Origin: Deltaproteobacteria bacterium
GTDB taxonomy: Bacteria > Myxococcota_A > Polyangia > Fen-1088
Assembly: GCA_033763315.1 (NCBI GenBank)
Contig: JANRKS010000016.1
Location: forward strand, 160,001-224,000
Direction of reading: 5' to 3'
DNA: 64,000 bases
This document shows, piece by piece, positions 9,697 through 19,426 of the stretch. The translations under genes and the position numbers were made by a program. Numbering within the stretch: position 1 is the stretch's first letter; every line of letters starts with the position of its first letter. The notes under the pieces are model-generated. The model saw nothing but the letters and a program-made list of their open reading frames with translations, had not been told where the DNA came from and ran no database searches.

Positions 9697-9711
9697 GCAC
9701 ACGGCATGCCA
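9697..9711 (-). promoter_or_regulatory. Putative sigma54 (-24/-12) promoter
   Basis: Minus strand TGGCATG-CCGT-GTGC matches TGGCACG-N4-TTGC with correct GG-N10-GC spacing, 14 nt upstream of ATG 9682. Confidence 0.5.
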
Positions 9712-9927
9712 ACGACATCAGCGGCGGGTTGGCAACCTAGTCATTGTTGCCGTTACCAAAGTCGGGGCGCAGCCCAGATTGTCGTTACATGCTGGTACCC
9801 CCGAGGGCGATGATCACCCTCGTGCCTCCGGGTCAAAACCGGGTAAAGCTAGCCGACGCGCCGCCGTCCACACGAAGGAAGAAAGCGGCAGCAGCGGGCC
9901 TTTGTATGTAATCTTGCAGAAGCCGCT

Positions 9928-12069
9928 ATGACCCGAGCCGCAAACTTACACCCATCCACATTGCGCCTGGCTTTGACCTTAGTTCTGCTGGGTTGGGCCG
10001 CCGCCAGCGGTCAAGCGCACGCGAAGCCGCCGCTGAACAAGCACGCCCAAGTGGAACTGGTCACCAACAGCACGCACGTGGCGGCGGGTGGCAGCGTGCA
10101 GTTGGGCGTCAAATTCAAGCTTGAACCCGAGTGGCACATCTACTGGAAGAACCCCGGTGATTCCGGGCAAGCGCCCAAGGTGATTTGGACGCTGCCTGCC
10201 GGGTTCCAAGTGAGCGACCTTGTGTGGCCCACGCCCAAACGCATCGCCTCGGGCCCCTTGATGAATTACGGGTACGAGAACAGCGCGCTTTTGCGGGCCA
10301 CGCTCACCGCACCCAACCCGCTTCCGCCTGAACTCAAAGACGCCAAGTCGATCGATGTTAAAGGCGACGTACGCTTTCTAACGTGTCGTGAAGACTGCAT
10401 TCCTGGGGAAGCGGAGTTAACCCTGTCGCTGCCGCTACAACCGGGCGGCAGCGTGCCTGCGGAAACGGTGACGTTGTTCCAAGACGCAACCGTGGTTGCG
10501 CCTAAGGCTATCTCAAACGTGCGCGTGCTTGATCAAGGCACGCACGTGGCTGTGGAGTTCGCGCGCCCCGAGGGAGTGCCGATGGGCACCAAGGTGGCGC
10601 TGGTGCCTGAAACAACCTTGGTGGTGGCGAACGCCGTGCCACAAGTTTTTGAGGAGACTGAAGGCACGCTGCGTGTGCTGGCCGAAAAGAACGACCCTGC
10701 CACAGCCGTCTCTGACTTGGCGGGCCTTGTGATCACCGAAACGTCTCCGGCACAAGCTTTCGCCTTTGTATCAAGCGTGCAAGCCGCACCCGCAGCGGCC
10801 ACGGCACCGCCAGTTGTGACCAAAGACGCGGCCCCCACAGAGCCACCGACCACGCTATGGTTGGCGCTCGGTTTGGCATTTTTAGGCGGCATTTTGCTGA
10901 ACTTGATGCCGTGCGTGTTTCCCGTGCTGTCGCTTAAAATCTTGGGCTTCGTGTCACATGCACACGAGCCGCGTATGGCGCGTCTGCACGGCTGGGCATA
11001 CACCGCGGGTGTCTTTGCGTCGTTTTGGGCGCTGGCTTTGGTGCTTGTGATCGTGCGCGCCGGCAGCAGCCGATTGGGTTGGGGCTTTCAGCTGCAATCA
11101 CCCGTGTTCGTGGCGCTGCTGTGCGGGCTGATGGTTTTGGTTGGTTTGAATTTGTTGGGCGTGTTTGAAGTGGGGCTGTCACTCACGCAGGTGGGTGGTT
11201 CCACGCGCGGCGGTTATATGGGATCGTTTAACACCGGCATCTTGGCCACCGTGGTGGCCACGCCGTGCACAGCGCCGTTTATGGGCACCGCGCTTGGTTT
11301 TGCCCTCACCCGCCCCGCCTTCGAATCGCTGGCTGTGTTCACAGCCCTTGCTGCCGGGATGTCCTTTCCCTACGTCTGGTTAAGCCATGCACCTTCGGTG
11401 TTAAAGCGCTTGCCCCGGCCCGGCAAGTGGATGGAGATCTTGCGCCAGTTCTTAGCGTTTCCGATCTTGGCCACCGTGGTGTGGTTGTTGGCCGTGTTCA
11501 ATCAATTGACCGGCCCATTGGCCGTGTTTGAATTGTTGGGCGCGTTGTTGGTCGTGTCGATGGCCGCGTGGATCTATGGCGCCTTTCAGCGCAGCAGCGG
11601 CAGGCCTGGCCTCGCGGTGCTGCTGGCCTTGGCCAGCGCCGGCGCCGCCGTTTGGTTGGCCGTGGGCGCGGCACAAACGCCCGTGGCCGCTTCATCCAAC
11701 CGCGAAGCTTCCATGGAAAAGTTTTGGCAGCCGTGGAGCCCTGCGCGCGTCGAAGAGCTTCAAGCCAAAGGCCAAGCTGTTTTCGTGAATTTTACGGCCG
11801 CATGGTGCATTTCATGCAAAGCCAATGAGGTGTTGGTGTTCTCCACGCCCGAGATTCAAGACGCTTTCGCCAAGCACAAAGTGGTGCCGCTGAAAGCCGA
11901 TTGGACGAACCGCGATGAAGTGATCGCGCAAGCCCTTGAGGCACACGGCCGCGCGGGCGTGCCGCTTTACCTGTTTTACCCCGGGGGGGCCGGGCGCCAA
12001 CCAGCCACACTGCCGTCGGTTCTCACGAAGGGCATTGTGCTCGACGCGCTTGCCGACGTTACACGCTAG
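9928..12069 (+). CDS. dsbD: DsbD/ScsB-type thiol:disulfide interchange membrane protein
   Basis: WHIYWKNPGDSG, CREDC (alpha domain), LNLMPCVFPVLSLK and ATPCTAP (beta domain), FTAAWCISCK thioredoxin (gamma domain). Confidence 0.9.
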   Translation: MTRAANLHPSTLRLALTLVLLGWAAASGQAHAKPPLNKHAQVELVTNSTHVAAGGSVQLGVKFKLEPEWHIYWKNPGDSGQAPKVIWTLPAGFQVSDLVWPTPKRIASGPLMNYGYENSALLRATLTAPNPLPPELKDAKSIDVKGDVRFLTCREDCIPGEAELTLSLPLQPGGSVPAETVTLFQDATVVAPKAISNVRVLDQGTHVAVEFARPEGVPMGTKVALVPETTLVVANAVPQVFEETEGTLRVLAEKNDPATAVSDLAGLVITETSPAQAFAFVSSVQAAPAAATAPPVVTKDAAPTEPPTTLWLALGLAFLGGILLNLMPCVFPVLSLKILGFVSHAHEPRMARLHGWAYTAGVFASFWALALVLVIVRAGSSRLGWGFQLQSPVFVALLCGLMVLVGLNLLGVFEVGLSLTQVGGSTRGGYMGSFNTGILATVVATPCTAPFMGTALGFALTRPAFESLAVFTALAAGMSFPYVWLSHAPSVLKRLPRPGKWMEILRQFLAFPILATVVWLLAVFNQLTGPLAVFELLGALLVVSMAAWIYGAFQRSSGRPGLAVLLALASAGAAVWLAVGAAQTPVAASSNREASMEKFWQPWSPARVEELQAKGQAVFVNFTAAWCISCKANEVLVFSTPEIQDAFAKHKVVPLKADWTNRDEVIAQALEAHGRAGVPLYLFYPGGAGRQPATLPSVLTKGIVLDALADVTR

Positions 12070-12077
12070 GAGCCGCG

Positions 12078-12701
12078 ATGAAATACACGTTTACTTCGAT
12101 CTTTTCTGCATTGGCCGTGGGCGCGCTCATGCTCGGCAGCGCACAGGTATTCGCCGCGGGTGCGCGCGTGGGCACAACCGCACCGGCGTTCAGCGCCACA
12201 GACATCACGGGCAAAACGCACAAGCTGGCGGACTTCAAAGGCAAGTACGTGGTGCTTGAATGGTTCAACCACGGTTGCCCGTTTGTGCAGAAGCACTACG
12301 GCTCCAAGAACATGCAGACCTTGCAAAAGAAGTGGACCGGCAAGGGCGTGGTGTGGCTGTCGATCAATTCGGGTGCCAAAGGCAAAGAAGGCTTTGAAGA
12401 TGCTGCCGCCACCAGCAAAACAGCGCAGGCCAAGGGCACCGCTTCAACCGCGATCTTCGTGGACGAAGCCGGCACCTTGGGCAGGCTTTACGGCGCGTCG
12501 GCCACACCGCACATGTTCGTGATCGATCCTGCGGGCAAGGTCATTTATGCCGGCGCGATCGACAGTGTCGCCTCTACGGAGCAAGAGGATTTGGCCAAAG
12601 CCGAAAACTACGTGGAAGCGGCGTTGAGCGCGGCCCTGGCGGGCAAACCCGTGAAAGTAAAGGAAGCGCCGCCCTATGGCTGCGGCGTGAAATACAAGTA
12701 A
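12078..12701 (+). CDS. Exported redoxin (AhpC/TSA, PrxL-like)
   Basis: Signal peptide; VVLEWFNHGCPFVQKHY, TPHMFVID, PYGCGVKY; AGGAG RBS. Confidence 0.85.
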   Translation: MKYTFTSIFSALAVGALMLGSAQVFAAGARVGTTAPAFSATDITGKTHKLADFKGKYVVLEWFNHGCPFVQKHYGSKNMQTLQKKWTGKGVVWLSINSGAKGKEGFEDAAATSKTAQAKGTASTAIFVDEAGTLGRLYGASATPHMFVIDPAGKVIYAGAIDSVASTEQEDLAKAENYVEAALSAALAGKPVKVKEAPPYGCGVKYK

Positions 12702-12750
12702 CTGCCGCCGCCGGCTTGGAGCCGCGCACGCTTTCGGCCATGATGACACC

Positions 12751-13737
12751 ATGCCAAGGATATCGGCGTGGCTGTTGTTGTTTGCGCTGGCCGCCTGTGA
12801 CGGCGACGGCACCATGTTGGGGATGAGCGGCCCCGATGCGGGTGCCGACTCGAATGGCGCACCCACATTAACTGGACCACCCGCGCCCACGCTTTCAGCA
12901 TCGCCTGGTTACGCGGCGCCACCCAAGCTCGGGATCCGTGTGTTGGCAGGCCGGGGCGACGGCGCCGCGGTGTCGCCCGAAGCCATGTTGGCGGCGCTGC
13001 GCGCGGCTGACGCCGTTTGTTTGGGTGAGACCCACGATAGCTACGCTGTGCATTCGCTGCAGTTGTTGCTGATCGATCGCCTCCGCGCCGCGGGCAGCAC
13101 ACAAGATCCGGCGTTGGGCGTGGGGTTCGAGATGTTCGAGCGACCTTATCAGTTCGCCTTCGATGACCTGCAAAGCGGTCGCATTGCTGAGGGCACGTTC
13201 CGCACCAACAGCCAATACGATGCCCGGTGGGGCTTTCCCTGGGATCTATACCAACCGCTGGTGGCGCACGGACTTGCCCACGCCCATCCCATGCGCGCAA
13301 TGAATTTGGAGCGTGAGCTGGTCAAGCGCATCGCGGCCGTTGGATTGCCAATGCTCACGCCGCAAGAGCAAGCACTGCTGCCTGACCTGGTATTGACGAG
13401 TGAGGCCCACCGGGCCTGGTTCAGACCGCAGATCGAAGAGGGCCACGGCATCCTCAATGACGAGATGCTCGAACGCTTTTATGCAGCACAGGTGGCTCGG
13501 GACGAAACCATGGCCGACACGGCCACCACCTGGCAAAAGGCGACACCCGGCCGCCGCATCGCCATTGTTGCCGGCCGCGGTCACTGCGTGGATTGGGCAA
13601 TCCCTGATCGCATGCGTCGGCGTGGCGTTGCCAAAGTGGTGGGATTGCAGATGATGGACGACGCCCCGGGCGCGGTCGAGGCCGCTGTGTTGGCCGATCC
13701 CGCCGATTTTATCGTCGGCGTCACGATCTCGCCCTAA
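12751..13737 (+). CDS. ChaN family (heme-uptake, Tiki superfamily) lipoprotein
   Basis: Lipobox LAAC; LGETHD, GFEMFER, AQVARDETMA, AGRGH. Confidence 0.85.
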   Translation: MPRISAWLLLFALAACDGDGTMLGMSGPDAGADSNGAPTLTGPPAPTLSASPGYAAPPKLGIRVLAGRGDGAAVSPEAMLAALRAADAVCLGETHDSYAVHSLQLLLIDRLRAAGSTQDPALGVGFEMFERPYQFAFDDLQSGRIAEGTFRTNSQYDARWGFPWDLYQPLVAHGLAHAHPMRAMNLERELVKRIAAVGLPMLTPQEQALLPDLVLTSEAHRAWFRPQIEEGHGILNDEMLERFYAAQVARDETMADTATTWQKATPGRRIAIVAGRGHCVDWAIPDRMRRRGVAKVVGLQMMDDAPGAVEAAVLADPADFIVGVTISP

Positions 13738-13815
13738 CGCCGCGCTGGCCGGACTTCAAAGGTCCCTTTGCTCGCTTATCAAGCCGCTCGAAGCTTGGTA
13801 TGGTGCGGGCGCGAT

Positions 13816-15135
13816 ATGGGTAACCTTCTAGAGCGAATTTCAGGCAAACAAGCGTCTGTGGTGGTGGTGGGTGCAGGGTACGTTGGACTGCCCTTGGCCG
13901 TCGAAGTGGCCAAATCTGGTCTTCGAACCATTGCGTACGATAAGTCGCAAGGCAAAGTCGACGCCATCAACCGTGGCGAATCGTATATCGGTGACGTGCC
14001 CAGCGCGGCGCTCGCGCCTTTGGTCAAAGAAGGAAAGCTGCGGGCCAGCAGTGACGCCGATGTGCTCAGCCAGGCCGACGCGATCATTATTTGCGTGCCC
14101 ACGCCGCTCAACAAGACAAAAGATCCCGACAACTCATTCATCCTGGACGCGGCCGACATGATCGCGGCACGCATGCGGCCGCAACAGCTGATCGTGCTCG
14201 AAAGCACCACGTTTCCTGGCTTCACGCGCGAATTGCTGTTGCCCAAACTTTCAGCCAACGGGTTGCAAGCAGGCAAAGATTTCTTCTTGGCGTTTTCGCC
14301 CGAACGCGTGGATCCGGGCAACGCGAAATACCACACCAAGAACACACCCAAGGTCATCGGCGCTGACAGCGAGGAAGGGCTCAAGATGGCGGTGGCGCTT
14401 TACAGCCACTTCATCGACACGTTGGTGCCCGTATCCAACACCGACACGGCCGAGATGGTGAAGCTGCTGGAAAACACCTTCCGCGCCGTCAACATTGGCC
14501 TCGTCAATGAAGTGGCCATCATGTGCCAACACCTGGGCCTCAACACCTGGGAGGTCATCGAAGCCGCCTCCACCAAGCCATTTGGGTTTATGCCGTTTTT
14601 CCCGGGCCCGGGCCTGGGCGGGCACTGCATCCCGATCGATCCGCTGTATTTGTCGTGGAAGCTCAAAACACTCAAATACCAGGCCCGTTTTATCGAGCTG
14701 GCTGACAACATCAATTCGGGCATGCCAGCGTTTGTGGTCACGCGGGTGGCCGACGCGCTCAACGATCGCGGCAAAGCCATGCGTGGCGCGAAGGTGCTTG
14801 TGGCAGGTGTCACCTACAAGCGCGACATCGACGACGTGCGAGAGTCACCGGCGATCGACATCATCGAACTTTTGCGCCGCCGCGGTGCCGAGGTGTCTTA
14901 CCTTGATCCGCACGTGCCCGCCCTGACGCCTCACGCGACCCACGGCGCTTTGGCCGCCGACGTGCCGAAGGCCGAGGTGGAGGACGCCGGCAAATTCGAT
15001 TGCGTGTTGATCACCACCGATCACCGCGCCGTGGATTACGTCAAGCTGGTGCAGAACGCACAGTTGGTGGTGGACACACGCAACGCCACACGCGCCTCAC
15101 GCAAAGAACACGCCGCCAAGATTGTGTCGCTGTAA
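13816..15135 (+). CDS. UDP-N-acetylhexosamine 6-dehydrogenase (WbpA/TviB-like nucleotide sugar dehydrogenase)
   Basis: GAGYVGLP, ICVPTP, LESTTFPG, FSPERVDPGN, GGHCIPIDP, DVRESP. Confidence 0.92.
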   Translation: MGNLLERISGKQASVVVVGAGYVGLPLAVEVAKSGLRTIAYDKSQGKVDAINRGESYIGDVPSAALAPLVKEGKLRASSDADVLSQADAIIICVPTPLNKTKDPDNSFILDAADMIAARMRPQQLIVLESTTFPGFTRELLLPKLSANGLQAGKDFFLAFSPERVDPGNAKYHTKNTPKVIGADSEEGLKMAVALYSHFIDTLVPVSNTDTAEMVKLLENTFRAVNIGLVNEVAIMCQHLGLNTWEVIEAASTKPFGFMPFFPGPGLGGHCIPIDPLYLSWKLKTLKYQARFIELADNINSGMPAFVVTRVADALNDRGKAMRGAKVLVAGVTYKRDIDDVRESPAIDIIELLRRRGAEVSYLDPHVPALTPHATHGALAADVPKAEVEDAGKFDCVLITTDHRAVDYVKLVQNAQLVVDTRNATRASRKEHAAKIVSL

Positions 15136-15147
15136 GAAGGAGACGCC

Positions 15148-16086
15148 GTGAAGATCGAAGTTGCACCATACAAGGGTTGGTCGCGCGCGCTGCACATTAG
15201 CAATGGCGAAGTGGAACTGGTGATCACCTTGGAAGTGGGTCCACGCATTCTCCGTTACGCCTTTGTAGGTGGTCCCAACCTGCTTAAGGAAATCCCCGCG
15301 CAAATGGGCACCTCGGGGGAACCTGGGTGGGCGATGCGCGGGGGGCACCGGTTGTGGGCATCGCCCGAAGATCCTGCGTACACGTATTTTGCCGACAACC
15401 ACGCCGCGGTTTTTGGCACCGATGACGGCGGCGCCTGGGTCCGCAGCGCTGTGGATCCGAAATCGGGTTTGTCGTACGCGATGCGCGTCTCGCTTGATGC
15501 CTCGGGCAGCGGCGTTCGGATCGAGCACACGATCGCCAATGCTGGAAGCCACACGTTCAAGCTGGCCCCCTGGGCGCTCACGGTGTTTACCACGGGCGGA
15601 ACGGGGATCATTCCCTTGCCACCCTACGCGCCTCACCCCGGCGACGATGGCCGCAGCCCCGCTGATTTCGCGCCGCAAATGTCACTCATTTTGTGGCCGT
15701 ACTTCCGGTTTAACGACAAGCGCTTCACGTTCGGCGAAAACACGATCCGCATTGCCCAAGATCCACACGCCGCGGGTCCCGCAAAAATCGGCGCCCGATT
15801 GCCTGTGACATGGGCGGCCTATCACTTGAACGGCACGCTGTTTTGCAAGCGGTTCACGTTCGATGCAGACGCGACCTATCCCGATGGTGGTTGCAACTTT
15901 GAGTCGTACACAGACGCAGGTATTCTGGAGCTTGAGACGTTGTCGCCCCTACAAACGTTGGCACCCGGCCAAGTGGCGCAGCACACGGAAACATGGTCGT
16001 TGCACAAAGATGTGACGCTGCCTGCGAACGACGCTGACCTTGTGACAACCCTTGCCGCAATCGTGAGCGCCACCCCCGAACCTTGA
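15148..16086 (+). CDS. Galactose-mutarotase-like fold protein (DUF4380-like)
   Basis: AAGGAG RBS; VGPRILRY, GGHRLWASPE, APWALT, YPDGGCNFESYT, LELETLSPL. Confidence 0.65.
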   Translation: MKIEVAPYKGWSRALHISNGEVELVITLEVGPRILRYAFVGGPNLLKEIPAQMGTSGEPGWAMRGGHRLWASPEDPAYTYFADNHAAVFGTDDGGAWVRSAVDPKSGLSYAMRVSLDASGSGVRIEHTIANAGSHTFKLAPWALTVFTTGGTGIIPLPPYAPHPGDDGRSPADFAPQMSLILWPYFRFNDKRFTFGENTIRIAQDPHAAGPAKIGARLPVTWAAYHLNGTLFCKRFTFDADATYPDGGCNFESYTDAGILELETLSPLQTLAPGQVAQHTETWSLHKDVTLPANDADLVTTLAAIVSATPEP

Positions 16087-16283
16087 ATAAATACGGCAAA
16101 AACTGGCCATGAGCTGACCCTTTGCAAAGCGAATCTCACTCATGAAGGGAAAAGGCTTACCCGGTTTTGTCGAGAATTTGCGGTAAATAGCGCCGAAACA
16201 CCGTGTTTTTTTGCTTCCGTGGCGTGGGAATCAAGTAAAGTGGCCTCGATTTTTCCGTCTTTTCCCGCTGCAAAGGAGCCACG

Positions 16284-16598
16284 ATGGCCGCTACGACAAA
16301 AGGTCCGCTTTCTAAGTCCGCTTTGATTCAATCGATCGCCGACAAAACTGAACTCGCCCGCAAAGATGTCAAAGGCATTCTTGAGACGCTCGGGAGCGTG
16401 GGCCTGCAAGAGCTCAAGAAGAACGGTTTGTTTGTTGTTCCTGGCCTGGTTCGCATGCTGGTGCAAAAGAAGCCCGCCACCAAAGCTCGCAAAGGCGTGA
16501 ACCCTTTCACCGGCGAACCTGCCGTGTTCAAGGCGAAGCCCGCACGCAAGGTGATCAAGGCTCGCCCCGTCAAGGCTGCCAAAGACGCCATCGGCTAA
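16284..16598 (+). CDS. HU-like DNA-binding protein
   Basis: AAGGAG RBS; SKSALIQSIA, ARKGVNPFTGE...KAKPARK. Confidence 0.9.
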   Translation: MAATTKGPLSKSALIQSIADKTELARKDVKGILETLGSVGLQELKKNGLFVVPGLVRMLVQKKPATKARKGVNPFTGEPAVFKAKPARKVIKARPVKAAKDAIG

Positions 16599-16612
16599 TC
16601 ACCACACACATC

Positions 16613-16680
16613 GCGAAGCGGCCGCGCTTGCTTCGCCAAAGGGGCCACGGGAACACAAATCCGCGTGGCCCTTTGTGTTT
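16613..16680 (+). terminator. Two hairpins, the second a rho-independent terminator after the HU gene
   Basis: GCGAAGC/GCTTCGC (16613-16636), then GGGCCACG/CGTGGCCC (16642-16671) followed by TTTGTGTTT. Confidence 0.7.
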
Positions 16681-16707
16681 GCAGCACCTTTAGGCCAAGA
16701 TCCAACA

Positions 16708-17460
16708 GTGGTGTCTCCTGCCATTTTGTGCGACGACTTGCAGAAGCGATTCGGTGACGTGATCGCTGTGGCAGGGTTGTCGTTCACCGTGGCCGCTGGC
16801 GAAATCTATGGCCTGCTCGGCCCCAACGGCGCCGGCAAAACCACCACCATGCGGGTGCTGGCGGGTTTGTTGTTGCCCACGGCGGGCGTGGTGACGGTTG
16901 ATGGCGTCAATGTGAGCGCGGATCCCGATCGCGCCAAGCAGAAGCTGGGCTTCTTAAGCGGTGGCGCCGGGCTTTATGCGCGCCTGCGCCCACGCGAGAT
17001 CTTGACCTACACCGGCCGCGTGTATGGCATGAGCCACGATGCGATTTCCGCACGAACCACGGCTTTGACTGAACAGTTAGACATGGCTTCGTTTCTTGAT
17101 CGCCGGGCCGAAACGTTATCCACGGGGCAAAAGCAGCGCGTGTCTTTGGCGCGCGCCGTGTTTCACGATCCGCCCGTGTTGATTCTGGATGAACCCACCT
17201 CGGGCCTTGATGTATTCGCAAGCCTGGGGCTGCGCGCGTTCGTCATGGCCGAGCGCCAACGTGGCAAAGGCATCGTGATCTCAACGCACTACTTGGCCGA
17301 AGCCGAACTTATCTGCGATCGCGTGGGGTTTGTGCACCAAGGCCGCATCGTCGAAGAAGGCACGCCCACGCAGCTCAGGGCGGCCACGGGTGCCAGCAGC
17401 TTGGAGCAAGCGTTCTTGGCGGTGGTCACCCGAAAGCCGGCGGCCCCGGAGACCGTGTGA
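16708..17460 (+). CDS. ABC transporter ATP-binding protein (NatA-like)
   Basis: GPNGAGKTT, LSTGQKQR, ILDEPTSGLD, STH. Confidence 0.9.
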   Translation: MVSPAILCDDLQKRFGDVIAVAGLSFTVAAGEIYGLLGPNGAGKTTTMRVLAGLLLPTAGVVTVDGVNVSADPDRAKQKLGFLSGGAGLYARLRPREILTYTGRVYGMSHDAISARTTALTEQLDMASFLDRRAETLSTGQKQRVSLARAVFHDPPVLILDEPTSGLDVFASLGLRAFVMAERQRGKGIVISTHYLAEAELICDRVGFVHQGRIVEEGTPTQLRAATGASSLEQAFLAVVTRKPAAPETV

Positions 17461-19376
17461 AGCGACGCCTGCAACACATCCTGTTGGTCTACGCCAAGGA
17501 ACTCAAAGAGACCTTGCGCGATCGCCGCACCTTGGCGGTGATGGTGCTGTTTCCGGTGGTGGTATATCCCTTGCTCTCGCTGGTGGTGGGGCAAGTGATT
17601 GTCGATCGCGAGAGCCGCTACGAAGAGCGGCCGATCAATGTGGGCGCCACACCCGGCTCAGCCGCCAGCACTGAACTGCAATCGCCCACAGCCAAGGCCG
17701 CGCTGAAACTGAACTACCGTGCGGACGCCAACCACACCGATGTGGCCACGCGCAAAATTGATCTGTTCGTTGAGCAGCACACGGGACGTACAGCACCACC
17801 GCAACCGCTGCGGTTGGTGTTCGACGGCAGCCGCGAAGAGTCGCTGCGCGCGCAAACCCGCGTGGGCGAATACTTGCGAGAGCGGCTGGTGCCTGGCAGC
17901 GAACATCAATACAAGGTCAGCGAGCAAGACATCGGCACGGCCGTATCACGCGGCGGGTACTTGCTTTCAAAGGTGGTGCCGTTGCTCGTGGTGTTGATGG
18001 TGATCTTGGGCGCGTTTTATCCGGCGATCGATTGCACAGCGGGCGAGCGTGAGCGTGGCACCTTGGAAACCACGTTGGTCATGCCAATCAAACGTGTGGA
18101 TCTGCTGGCCGGCAAAGTGCTTTCTGTGGCCACGTTGGCTTTGCTCACGGGCCTGCTTAATTTGGCATCGCTGTCGCTTACGTTCGTGCAATTGGCCCGC
18201 AGCGCGGATGTGTCTTCGCTGCCTTTGCCGTGGGCGCGTCTCGGGGCCGCTGCCTTGGTGTTGGTACCAGGCGCTATCATGTTCGGTGCTGTCATGTTGA
18301 TGGCGGCCACCGCGGCGAAAAGTTTCAAGGAGGCACAAAATTTCCTCACGCCGATCTACTTTGCGTTCTTCGGGCCAGCCGTGGCCGCCAGCTTGGGCGA
18401 GTTCCCGCTGACCATCGGCTGGGCCTTCGTTCCTGGTTTGAACATCACGCTGCTCACACGCGATTTGATCTTGGGCGAAGCTCGTCTTTTGCCAGCCGTG
18501 TGTTTTTTCATTTCCACTGCGGCTGTCACCGCGTTGGCCCTGGCCATCGCCGCGCGCTTGTTTGATTCCGAACGTCTGCTGGCCATCGCCACCCGCGAGG
18601 GCACAAAACGCAGCTGGCTACTCAAAGGCCCGGCCGGCGAGGCGTTGGGCGCGGGTGACGCCGCGGTTGCCTTCTCTTTGGCCGTGGTTGTGTTTTGGAT
18701 CTTCGCACCGCTTGCACAAAAGCACCTGCTGCTCGGCACGTTGGTTTCGCAGTGGGGCGGCATGTTCGCGTTCGCTGGCCTTTACGTGTGGCTGCGACGC
18801 TTGCCCCCTGCCCAAACGTTGGGCTACGAACGGCCTTTGAAACGATATTGGCTTGCGGCGGTTCTGCTTGGTGCCGGAGGCTGGCTAATCGTGGGACTGC
18901 TCACGCAATGGGTGGCGCCACCAGGCCCCGAAGTGACGACGTCCCTGCGAACAATGCTGAATTCACTGTCGCCGCCGCTGGCGCTGTTCTTGTTCGCTTT
19001 GACTCCCGCCGTGTGCGAGGAGGCGCTGTTTCGGGGTCTGCTTCTGCGCGCGCTTTTGAACCGATTTCCACCAGCGCTCGCCATCGTCACGGTGAGCTTG
19101 CTGTTCGGCATCTTTCATTTCAGTGCGGATCGCCTGCTGCCCACCGCCACGCTGGGCATCCTGTTGGCGCTTTTGGCGTGGCGCTCAGGCTCCCTGTGGC
19201 CGTCGATGCTTGTTCATGCCTTAAACAACGGCATCCTCACGCTGTTGGCGGCGACAGGCCAAGATGAAGCCTTTGAACGGCTTTCGGGGCCAGGGCAAAC
19301 GGCGGCGGTGGCCGGGGCGTGCGTGTGTGTGCTCGCAGGGTTAGCCCTGCTCTGGCGCCCCCGCCCTTTTGTATGA
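17457..19376 (+). CDS. ABC-2 permease (NatB-like) fused to CPBP/CAAX intramembrane metalloprotease
   Basis: KELKETLRDRRTL, AGERERGTLETTL, KSFKEAQ; C-terminal EEALFRG, FGIFH, HALNN. Confidence 0.88.
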   Translation: MKRRLQHILLVYAKELKETLRDRRTLAVMVLFPVVVYPLLSLVVGQVIVDRESRYEERPINVGATPGSAASTELQSPTAKAALKLNYRADANHTDVATRKIDLFVEQHTGRTAPPQPLRLVFDGSREESLRAQTRVGEYLRERLVPGSEHQYKVSEQDIGTAVSRGGYLLSKVVPLLVVLMVILGAFYPAIDCTAGERERGTLETTLVMPIKRVDLLAGKVLSVATLALLTGLLNLASLSLTFVQLARSADVSSLPLPWARLGAAALVLVPGAIMFGAVMLMAATAAKSFKEAQNFLTPIYFAFFGPAVAASLGEFPLTIGWAFVPGLNITLLTRDLILGEARLLPAVCFFISTAAVTALALAIAARLFDSERLLAIATREGTKRSWLLKGPAGEALGAGDAAVAFSLAVVVFWIFAPLAQKHLLLGTLVSQWGGMFAFAGLYVWLRRLPPAQTLGYERPLKRYWLAAVLLGAGGWLIVGLLTQWVAPPGPEVTTSLRTMLNSLSPPLALFLFALTPAVCEEALFRGLLLRALLNRFPPALAIVTVSLLFGIFHFSADRLLPTATLGILLALLAWRSGSLWPSMLVHALNNGILTLLAATGQDEAFERLSGPGQTAAVAGACVCVLAGLALLWRPRPFV

Positions 19377-19426
19377 CACCTCACAAAGCCATTGTGTCCG
19401 GGTCAGCGTCGGTGTATGGAAATGTC

